Source: Saprolegnia diclina VS20 (taxonomy: Eukaryota). Taken from it: a stretch of DNA of 64,000 nucleotides. A program made the translations under genes and the position numbers. The stretch is taken from NCBI RefSeq assembly GCF_000281045.1, contig NW_008246086.1:112513-176512 (forward strand), written 5' to 3'. Position 1 is the first letter of the stretch; each line of letters opens with the position of its first letter. Below, piece by piece: positions 1-10,500 of the stretch. Under the pieces are notes generated by a model. That model was not told where the DNA came from. It did no database searches and was given only the letters and a program-made list of their open reading frames with translations.

Positions 1-636
1 GCATAGTTCACGATGCCCAGCTTTTAGTTGCCGCCCGTGACAATGAATTACCGACGCCGTACTAACTAACTGTGCGTAGTTGAACTTCACCCCCTCATAT
101 CCCGGCATGCTATGCGCATGGCGACAGTTGAATTAACAACGTAGTTCCAGCACCGCAGCATTGACCGGGGCCGCAGGAGCACGATCGACTCGGAGCACCT
201 CTGTCCAACACTCCCTATTTGTTCACTGGACATCAGTCTGCCCGAGGGTTTCCCTATTTGTGCTGAGAGCAGATTTGGTCCCTTCTCGGCCCCTCAAGTG
301 CTCGTACTCGAAGTGGTCATATCCGTCCCGCTTTAACGCCCTACGGCAAAGTACAACCCGTTCAAACGAACAGCAACACGGAGCAACCGAGCACGCAAAT
401 CGGTGCAAGCCACTCGACGTCGACCGGCTTCGCGCAGGGCTGCACAACGAAATTCGCAGCCGAGGCGCTTTCTTCAGCGAATCAACTTCGATTGCTCTAT
501 GGCGATGACTCAAAGTTCCGTGGCCTGTCGAAGTCGTACATACTGATTAAGCCAATTCAGCTACTCACGCGGGAGCAGCGGATCCAGCTGGAAACGCGCA
601 TGAGTTGCAATCCCGCGCAGATCGCGTTCTTCCGCC

Positions 637-2979
637 ATGACACTACTAGCACGAGCGTCGCTGCTGCTGCTCGTCGCCACTGCATCCTTCGCGGCGGACA
701 CGCTCCCGATCAACGGTTGGTACCCGTGCAGCATCAACACCGAGGCGACGTCGGCGCCAAAGGCCTCCTCCGCGTCATCGTCGGTCCAGTCGCTCAAGGC
801 CAGCATCGGCGACGACGGCCGCATGTGGAGCGCGCTTCTCCACCCAATGCGCACCACGTACATTGAGGCCCTCGCGACAACCAAGCGCGCAACGACAGTC
901 GAGTGCGCGGAGTTTACGCTGCCGCTGTGCCACGACGGGCTCTGCACGGCGCCGGCCAACGCGAGCACGACGACCATTCCCGTCTTTGTCAAGCGCGCGC
1001 TCGCGACCACGCGGACGACGTCGACCAAAGCGCTTTGGTTTCTTCAGGGCGGTCCTGGCGCCTCGTCCGTCAACAGTACGCACTTTGTATTAAATGTACT
1101 GAGATCTGAGTTGCGATGTAGTGGAGTCGTTCATGGTGTTGCTCTACAACATTCTCGGCGGCGCCGTCGACGTGTACACAATGGACCACCGCGGCACGGG
1201 TCGCAGCCACCGGCTGACGTGTGAAGCCGCGCAGATCGAGACGTCGGGAAGCCCCACGAAGGGCCAAATCACCAACAGCGTCCTCGCGACGTGTGCCCAA
1301 GATGTCAACACCCAGCTCGGCGGTGGCGCCGGTAAATCATATTCCTCCTATGCACTACCGTTTGTAAGGTCATGCATGTAGCGTCCGTCCTGCGGTCCTT
1401 TTCGACGACGAGTGCGGCCATGGACTTGTCCAAGGTGATTACGAGCATCGGCAACGCCAACACGTTTGTGTACGGCGTGAGCTACGGCACGTACCTCGTC
1501 GAGCGTCTCATGCAGCTCGAGAACCCGAGTATCAAGGGCTACATCCTCGACGGCGTCGTGTCCAACTCGGGCAGCAAAACCAACACGAAAATGGTCTTCA
1601 ACGACTGGGACAAGAACGTCGAGAGCGTCGGTACGTTGCATGGCATGCATCAATTGACCATCACCGCACGACTGTAGCACAAACCTTTGTCGCGCTCTGC
1701 ACCGCCGACCCTTTCTGCAGTGCCAAGTTTCCCGGCTCGGGTGCGTCGACCTTTTTAATGTTCCGTGGCTAAGGTCGCGTGCGATTAGATTTGAAGACCA
1801 CGATGACCGCGTTGTACGCCTCCTTGGACGCGGGGCCGACCAAGACACAGTGTGCGTCGCTGCTCTCGTCGGTGCAAGACGGCTTGTCCCCGTCGGACCT
1901 GCTCCGCATTGTCTTTTCGACGCTGCTCCAGGACCAGAGTTTGCGACCGCTCATTCCTGCCCTTGTTTACCGCATCAAGCGGTGCACGACCAATGACGCG
2001 CTCGCCGTGTACAATTTTCTTGTCCAATTCACGAGCTCGTACGACGACAACTTGTCCACATGTGTCTCCACCAATAAGAGCTCATCGCAACCTGGTGTAT
2101 AGAAGCAGCGACGATTCGGATGTGCTCGATTCGACGATGCTGTACAACCTCGTCGTCGCGTCCGAGCTCTGGCGCACGCCGACCGAGAGTGCGTCGGCGC
2201 TCGCGACCACATTCGAATCGACGTTGATTGGTAGCGACGTCTCGGACCTTGCGAAAATGTACTGCATTGCGAGCGGCGGCAGTGACGCCAACTGCGCCGG
2301 CGTCACCGCGTCCAAGTACCGTCTCCAGTACCCAACCGACAAGTACTTTGACCAACCGATTACGATCCCAACCGGCGCGTCCGTGCTCCTCATGGGCGGT
2401 CGCCTTGACCCGCAGACGTACTACAAGTACGGCGAGTACCAATACGACAGCTTTATCGGCACGGCCAAGCGCCTCGTCGAATTCAACTACTCGGCGCACG
2501 GTACCGTCGCCAACACCCCAGTTACCACCAAGGTAGTCGCCCCAAATCGCTTGCATCTCATGCGTCAGTAGAACGGAGCGCCTTGCGGTGCGCAGATCCT
2601 CGGCTCGTTTGTGCTTGTCAATGGCGACCTCGATAACCTCGACACGTCGTGCATGGCGGTGGTCCAGCCCATGACGTTCCAGCTGACGGCTTCGAACGTC
2701 CAGTCGCTCATGGCGACGACCGATGCGTACGACGGCACGCCGACGCAAAAGTTTACGCAAGGCATTACAAAGACCACCAACCCGAGCGGCGGGTCGTCGT
2801 CCGGGTCTCTCGGTACCAAGACGACGCCTGACGCAACATCGTCCGGGTGGAAGACGGCGGCGATCATCGCGTTCGTGCTTGTCGGGCTCCTCCTGCTCGT
2901 CATCGGCTATCTCCTGTACCGAGCCCGCGTCATAGCGCAGAAACAGCCCACGTACGACCAACACGTTACGGAAGCCTAA
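637..2979 (+). CDS. Secreted/type I membrane-anchored alpha/beta-hydrolase, serine peptidase family S33-like (multi-exon)
   Basis: Signal peptide MTLLARASLLLLVATASFA; motifs FLQGGPG, DHRGTGRS, nucleophile GVSYG, GRLDPQT (Asp), SAHGT (His); Ser/Thr linker then C-terminal TM IIAFVLVGLLLLVIGYLLY; first intron 1076-1121 GT..AG. Confidence 0.85.
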
Positions 2980-3136
2980 CCCTGTACAGTGTCAACTCTG
3001 TCGACGCCCTTGCTCGTCGTAGTATACACTGCGTTGTTGACATATCTAAAATACCACTCGACCGCGGAACGAACTATCGTGATGAGCTTGTTGCTTCTTC
3101 ATTCCATTCATTAGCTCCAGACGACATCCGAAAGCC

Positions 3137-5081
3137 TTACGCTTCCGGCGAGTCCAGCGACGTAGGATCGCGGGCAAGGACATAAATGTACGGCCGATGC
3201 ACGAGCTGGAGACGGCGGACGTCGATGCGATCAAAGGTCTCGACGACCGCGAGCGTTGAAAAGCCCTACGCGAGCACATTTTAGTTCGCAGCTACCACAG
3301 CGTAGTCGTCGGCGTACCTCGCGCGATGGCGTCTCGGTCACCAAGTAATCAAACGCGCCAAAGTCCGTAATGCCTTCCGTCTTGTGGTACCTAATGGAGC
3401 TCACGTCTACAACGACAGCGACGACGACAAGATCGACATACGTCCACGCGGAATACTGCTCGCCAAAGCGGGAGACGCCCGTCATGGCCGCCGCCACGTC
3501 AATGTGCACGTGCATCGGCTTGGTCGCGCGCATCTGTTGCAGCGCATGGAGCTTTGCAAACGCCACACCGCCTACGCCATTTATCTACGTCTCCAAGTCC
3601 CAACAGAGCTGCGAACCCGGGTAGTTGGCATGCGACGCCAGCGTAAAGACCACCGAGCAGAGCGCCGTGATGACAAGACACAGTGCGACACACAGTAGGG
3701 GCCACGTGGCCTACGCAGCATCACATCGACCATCGAGCCAATCTAAGTTTGCAGTACCTTGTGCCGGCCGCGCCAGAGTTTGGCGACACCCTAAGCTCCA
3801 TGCATACGCCACCATAGACTACGTGCACTCGACGTACGACAGCCGAGGCCATATTGAGCATGGGCACCGCGTTCAGAATGAACCGAAGCTCCTTGTGGGG
3901 CAAGATCGAAAAGAGCAGCACGTACAAAAGCACCTGCACCGCTGCATGATGCGCCCGCCCGAGAAGATTATGATAGCATCTACCGGCAGCACGTAGTAGA
4001 CGACGTCGCGGTCGAACCAGTTGGCCGACATGAGCTGCGTTCGAAGTTGGCCGAGTCGCATCGTCGACACATTTGGGAGGACTGACCCGAGGGACCTACG
4101 AAGACCGCATTGAGAAATCGTAGCAAGAGAGTGCAATACGTAAGGCCCAGCGGCAGCAAGAGCGCGGACGCCCCAAGGATACGTGGCAGCGCCGATGTCA
4201 AGTACCAATGAAACGGGTGCGTCCCCCACTCGTGGCTCTTGTTGAGGATCGTGTTGAAGTAGAGGACTTCGCCTTCGGGCCAGAGCCAGCGCTGCCAAAA
4301 GACAGAGTCCACGCCGATCGTGAGCGCGATGGCGCCGAGCGCCGACGTCACGCCGACCATGACCATCTCGAGAAACCCGACCTAGAGACATATCCTCGTC
4401 CTGCAGTGTCGTCAAGGACCCATGTACGTGGCGTGCGACGAGGAGCGTGACCAAGATCGGGGCAAAGAGCACGGCCGTGTCGCCGCGGAAGACAATGGTC
4501 GAGACGCTGAGCAGCATAATGACGCGGCGCGACTGGCCCTACGACTGCTTGCTCAAAGGCGCGGGCGGCGCAAGCGCACGTACCTGCAGCCACGCCGCAT
4601 ACGCCAGGAAAACCAAGATCTACGACATACAAGAGTCGCCAAATGCATCAAGATGGAGGACGCATACAAGGGCAAAGATGTTGGGCAGCGTCCGGCTCAT
4701 GTAAAACACCAAGTGAAACTGGACGGCCGTGAGCAGGCTGTAGGCAACCGCGGTGTCGCGGCCAAAGACGCTGCCGATCGTGCGCTTGAGCGTGCGCCAC
4801 GCGGTAAACGAGAGCAGCCACAGCGAGGCGCGGGCGGCGATTTGCATGTGCGCCTTGGAGAGCATGAGCGAGGCTGGCGCGGCGACCGCGGCGACAGGCA
4901 GCGCACCGAGAAAGGTCCGTGGCACGACGCCGGGAAACTCAAAGTGGTCGTAGCGCGTGAGGTTGCGTTCGTAGAGGAGGTCGTGGATCGCCTGGAGGTT
5001 AAAGCTCTCTTCGACCTTGGCGAACGGGCTCAGCCACAGCTGGACGGCGCCGACTGCCAGCACAAGCGCTTCGTCGGCCAT
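3137..5081 (-). CDS. ALG12: Dol-P-Man:Man7GlcNAc2-PP-Dol alpha-1,6-mannosyltransferase (GT22), multi-exon
   Basis: Motifs [67 protein letters not shown]; stop TAA at 3137-3139 after the last intron. Confidence 0.92.
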
Positions 5082-5145
5082 GACGTGTCAAAAAGTGGTC
5101 CACACGTGTAAAACACATACATCACGCATGTGTTAAATGAAGTGA

Positions 5146-5201
5146 AAATGTGAGAATGTGGCAAATGTGGCAAATGTGAAAAATATGAAAAATGTGAAAA
5201 A
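5146..5201. repeat. Imperfect ~9-bp tandem repeat (AAATGTGRN x6) upstream of ALG12
   Basis: AATGTG/AATATG at 5147, 5155, 5164, 5173, 5182, 5191. Confidence 0.8.
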
Positions 5202-5824
5202 CACGGCGGCGACCAGGTTTCTCGTTCGAAATGCGTGGCAAGTCCTGGCGTGCCCGACGGCTCAAATACCTCAGGGCAAAAACCGAATGCGGGTTTTCTC
5301 AAACGACCCTCCAGTCTGGCGAGAAGGAATACTACGAACGAAGTGGCAAAGCCTAGTATTATGTATCCGAGAGCCCCAGGGCGACGAACAGCAACGTGCA
5401 GCTTTGCCCCATACGGTGACGATCGAACGACCTCACGCAAACCTCAATCACCTTGCACGTCGGCGAGGCGTCGAAACCTTGAAGGACGAGAAGTAAGCTA
5501 CTCGCGGAATACCCGCCATTCCATTCGACAGAGACGCTGTGAAAGGGCGTCCAAGATAACAGACGCACGCCATCGTCTCGTGCGCCAAGCAGAAAACGGT
5601 CGCGTCGTCGTCGTGAGGTCGCAGCTAGCAGTTACTACGGCGGAGAGTTGGCACAGGGACAAAGCAGAGAAGGTGGTGGAGCGTATCTTTGGCCTCGCAC
5701 GCGATTGGCTTAAATTAAAACGGCCGACTTTGCCTCAATGGCGCCTCGGACGATTTTGCACTCGACTGACAATGTGAATCGTCGCAGGAGCATCTTAAAT
5801 AACAGCACACAGAAAGCTACTAGG

Positions 5825-6238
5825 CTAATGCCGCGTGTACATCTCGATGATCGTCGGCAGCGGCTTGATTTGGCTGCGCGCAACCTTGGACATGCAGCGC
5901 GTAAACGGCACGCGCTTGCCCGCGACTGTGAGCACTGTTCGGTTCAAGAAGGCCCGCGGAAGGCGAATTGGCGATTTGGGTCGCTGCAAGAATCGATCCA
6001 AGAGCGAGTGAAAGCTCGGCGACGACCCTTTGCGCGTCAGCACTTGACACGGCGGCAGCGTGCTTTTTGTCGGGCGCGGTGGACTGGCCGGCCGCGGCGG
6101 CGGCGTCGGCTTCTTGACGACGTACGCCTCGTCGCTGGTCACAGCGGGCGACGTGGCCACCGACGCCCGGAGGTATTGACCAAGTTGGATCCAAACCTTG
6201 ACAAGATCTGTCCAGGAACTGCGGCTGCTGCTGCTCAT
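5825..6238 (-). CDS. Small basic, Pro-rich hypothetical protein (137 aa)
   Basis: ATG-initiated intronless ORF with coding-like codon usage, ending ...PLPTIIEMYTRH; no recognisable domain. Confidence 0.45.
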   Translation of the reverse strand: MSSSSRSSWTDLVKVWIQLGQYLRASVATSPAVTSDEAYVVKKPTPPPRPASPPRPTKSTLPPCQVLTRKGSSPSFHSLLDRFLQRPKSPIRLPRAFLNRTVLTVAGKRVPFTRCMSKVARSQIKPLPTIIEMYTRH

Positions 6239-7575
6239 ACTAAATGTGCAAGACGGTGCGCGGTTGAAGTCCTATTGGCGACTGGGTTCAAGGTGGTGGC
6301 GTTCATGAACTTCCACGTTTCTGTCGCCGGTGCAAAAGGCGGCTGCCGTACATTACCGTACACTCCACATCTCACATACGAATTCCAAGACGAACCGTCC
6401 GTCAAGTACAGCAGCCGGATCTGTTTTTTGATTGGCATCGCCGGGCGTCGTCCAACGCCCTCGCCTGCACAGCCGTGGACGAGCCAGCAATTTTTGTTGA
6501 GGTTGAAGTATCCTTGCTGCCATTGGAACAGCCCATTCCATATCTCGGCGGCGTTCGAACGCGAGCGCCTCTTGCTATAGCGATCCTGACGCGAGCAACC
6601 GCTGCACTGGCCGTTGGCAACCTGTGGCAAGGGTCATTGACCCATGCCTGTGGGCATCGGCTGCGGCCAAGCGGCTATCACTGGCTTGGGCGCAAAAATG
6701 CACGGCGACACCGCGCCAAGTGACACGTTGGTGATGGCTTCGGTGCCGCGTCTTTGTTGCAAGCGGAAAGCAGCGGCGAGCGAGAAGGTACATCGCCCTT
6801 GAGAATCCGGGCATGTCTCGTGGCTTCCTCAGCGAAGCCAACAGGCCTCGAAACAGATTGGCGAGCCCGATGAAGCCGACGTCCGCGTCGCCAAACTCGC
6901 TTATCACCTCCTTGCCATGTAGTGGGGACGATCTTTATTGCATGCGTATGGTCGTAGTCGCTTGTCAACCCAGGCGACAGGATCTCGTCAAGAGAAAAAC
7001 TCTCGCATCGTCCTACCTACAAGTGCAAAGCGCATGGTGTCCATCCATTAGCTGCACCCAAGATACCGGTACACACGTCTGTATGTGGGCAGAAGGCGAC
7101 CCTGTTTTTGCTCTGCGTCCGACGACGCAGTGCGTTGGGTACACTGCAAGGAGGAGCCTCGCGCGGCTGCAGTAGCTTCCCCCGCCTTTTGTAATCCTCC
7201 CGCGATATACGAGGCTGCATTGAAGCACTGTACCGGTACCAAAGACGCTCAGCTGCGACTTGTGAGCAGGTGAGTGGTATGACGGCGTCGAGCCAGCAAG
7301 TCGATAAAGTGCACTCTGGGGAAGGTTCCTTGCGGATGCTGTCTTTGGCCCTTGCGCACCTTGCCGGCTCAGGTGATACTCAGTCGTATCACTTAAATTC
7401 ACTGGCGCGACCAGGTCGTCAGCCCAGGCACCCGTTGACTACAGGTGCTGATACTGGGCCCTACTAAATACACTTGCAGCCGTCTGCGCTCTGGTTTGTC
7501 TGGAACAAGTCTGTAGTGAGCGCACGAGATTGGGGATTGGGCATGAAAAGGTGAGCATATCGCTGGAGTGGGTAG

Positions 7576-10500
7576 TTAGAGCTGGCTTAGCGGCAAGCAG
7601 TGATGGAGGTGGGCGTCATGGTCGGCACATGCCCGCGTCCGCACCACGAGGAGCCGCCACGTTTTCACATCTAAAATGTACCACACGTCGCCTTGCGAGA
7701 AAGCGAGAAGCCCCGCGAGGGCCGCGGACGCCTTGTCCAAGTAGCACGCGCCGTTCACTTCGCGAAAAAGGAGGCAGTAGACGCTCTGCGCGTTGAGCAG
7801 CAGCGACGGAATGTGTCGGCGACGGAGCTGGGGCTGCAACATGCGTTCGATCCCATACGTGGCAATGATGCAGCCTAGCGCAATGCCAATTGTCGTGTAG
7901 ACGCGGCGAACGCTGCCAATCTGAACGCGGCCACTCACGCACACGAGGCCGTCGTCCATGTTGAGGAGCTCGCAGACGCGCGAGACGTTGGCGGTCGCAC
8001 TTGGCGGCGCATCGAGGAGCGTCCAGAGAAAAGTGCAGCTCCACGTGAGGAGCGAGCTCTTGTATGCATAGGACGGCGTGTACTGCTGCGTGACGCAGCT
8101 CAGAATGTCGTTGAGGACGTAGACGAGCCACGTGGCTTCGGAGGACGCGAGGACGATCTTGGTCCAGTGCAACGGCGGCGACGCGAGGAGCGTGCCGAGG
8201 CCGGTTTTCGAAAGCTGGAGCGTACTCGTATGCAAAAGACAGAGCGCGGTGATGCTGCGCACAAAGAGAAAGCTGCGACCGACCCAGACAATGCCCACCG
8301 TTCGGTTAAACTCGAGGAGGTTGAGGCTTTCCATGTGTCCGCGCAAGTGCAGTGTGTAGCCCAAGACGACGATCGCCATGCAAATGAGCACGATCGTGAT
8401 GTAGAGCACAACTTGCTGGCAGTAAAACGCATACGTTTGCGGAATAAAACCCGCGTCCGGTGGCATTGTCACGGGCACGACGCCGAGGCTGATGGTGGTG
8501 ACGGTGCCGGCATCCCCCGTAAAGGCAACGACCTCGCGCATGCCACACGTCCACTCGTACAACAGCAACCACCCATAAAAGCTCCAGATACGGTCCGACG
8601 AGCTTAAGAGCGATAGCTGCAGCAGCGACGACGAGCCATCGCTCTGGCGTCCGTACTGCAGCACGGTCACGTTGTGTGCTGCCATAGCGTCGTAGGCGGC
8701 GGTCGCCTCCGCTGCAAATGCCAGTGCAGGGTACGTCTCGAGGAACGCTCCACCCGCCATGTAGTCGTCCACGCAGCGACTGTCAACAATGGCATCGCTA
8801 CTGCAAATATCGACATAGTCGGTCGCGTCCATCGACGGCGTCGACGTGGCATTGAACGCAGACAAAGCAAAGAGCACCTGCGACGGCGTCGGTTGCATCA
8901 CTTCGAGGTACACCGAGTTGCAGTAGCTCGTGGCGCCAAACCCGATGGCCATGCCAAAGAAGAACGGGCTCGCGACAGCGTTGTCACCGCAAAAGATGTT
9001 GCCGCCCATCGAAATCGGGGTTGGTAGCGCCTGCCACACCAGGGGTACGGCCAAGACAAAATACTTGGTGGGCAAATGGACGTAGCGCGCCTGTGCTTCG
9101 AGGTCGGTCGCTGACAGCATCGCCAGCGCATCATGAAACAATGCGTAGAAGCGCCCGAGCGGAAATGGCACTGGCACAAATAACATGTCGACGGCGTTGA
9201 ACGGCCCGACGTGCGACGAGAGCGCATGAAAACCGCTCGAGAGCGGGTACGACAAGGTACGGTTGTCGACAAGGAGCTGCTCGCTCGATACATTTGCAAA
9301 GGCAAACACACTGCTCGATCGCAGCAAGCTGCACCCGGCGATCCGCGACGCATTGGAAGCGGTCACGGCCCAGAGATCACTGGCGAACGCCCAGTACATG
9401 ACGTGCGACGTTTGTCGCGTCGGGTGAAAGCGACCGACAACATTGGCCAGCGGTAGCGCATACGCGAGCCCGAGCGCGTTCTCTACGAGCATAGCATCGT
9501 GGAACCCGGTGGTTTTGAAATTTTGCCACTGAAGTTCGTAGCGAATCAGGTTGGCCTGCCGCCAGTAGATGACTTCGTCGTCGACCGAAAGCAAAATGCC
9601 AGCGTGCAAGGACGCTAAAAAGGCTTGGCCGGCAGTCGACTGCTGGAGCTCGTCGACAAACCCAGTAGCAAACGAGTCGCCATAGCAAGCGTGCCACTGC
9701 CCCCAGTCGTTGATGTTGCGCAAGGCCGTCTCGAGGTACACGGCAGCATTCGAGGCCATGTGGCGTTTGCATCGGTCTTGCCGCGCTTGCGTGTGGGCCA
9801 TGCCCCAGCGCTGGTGGACGTCAAGCCAGCAATACTGCGTAAAGACCCACGGGAGCCGACATGGATCCATGGTGCGCAGGCCGCGCACGGCGGTCGCGAG
9901 TGTGAGCACATTTTCGTCCTGGAGGCCACGGGACGCGGCCGTCACGGGCCACGCGATGGTGGCGACCGACTCGTCGTACGACGGACTGTAATCGATGAGG
10001 GCGGTTGCATCGAGGCGTAGCTGTGTGGACGTGTTCGTCAAGAGACGCTGGTTGAGAGCGTTGGCGACGAACGCGTAGCTCCCAGTCGCGTTGAAGCCCG
10101 CCCAGAAAAAGTCGTTGGCAAGGGTGTCCCGCACGAGGTTAAAGTACGCGACGTTGCTGCCGAGGGTCGCCACAATGTAGAGGCAGCCAAAGAGCAGTGA
10201 GAGAGGCGCGAGCTTGGATTTGAACCAGCTATTCGGAGGCGGCGTCGGCTTGATCGGCGTCACACCGACAACGATCGGCGTTGGTCCCATTGTCGGTGGC
10301 AAAAGCACGAGGCAGTGGTGCTGCCATTCGAACGTATCCGGGGATAGCCACAGCCAGAGCTTGGTGTCAAAGACGTGCGTCTTGGAGACAAAGAGCAGGC
10401 CGCAGAGCACCGCCGAGATGGCATCGATCGCGATCGCGCCGCGCGGCCAGTGCGCGACAGCGAGCGGCGGCAGCACCATGTAGGCGCTCTCTTCAATGCA

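Noticed and set aside
1..160. Recurring TAGTT/AGTTGAA words at the window start
   Set aside because: Too short and irregular; no partner terminus visible within the window.
5146..5201. Considered as CRISPR-like repeats (also the CWC22 42-bp repeats)
   Set aside because: No unique spacers, eukaryotic context, no cas genes.
6235..7200. Short minus-strand ORFs that might be a decayed gene (CRN-like or TE)
   Set aside because: No recognisable motif (no LFLAK/HVLV, no DDE) and frames are not joined by convincing splice sites.
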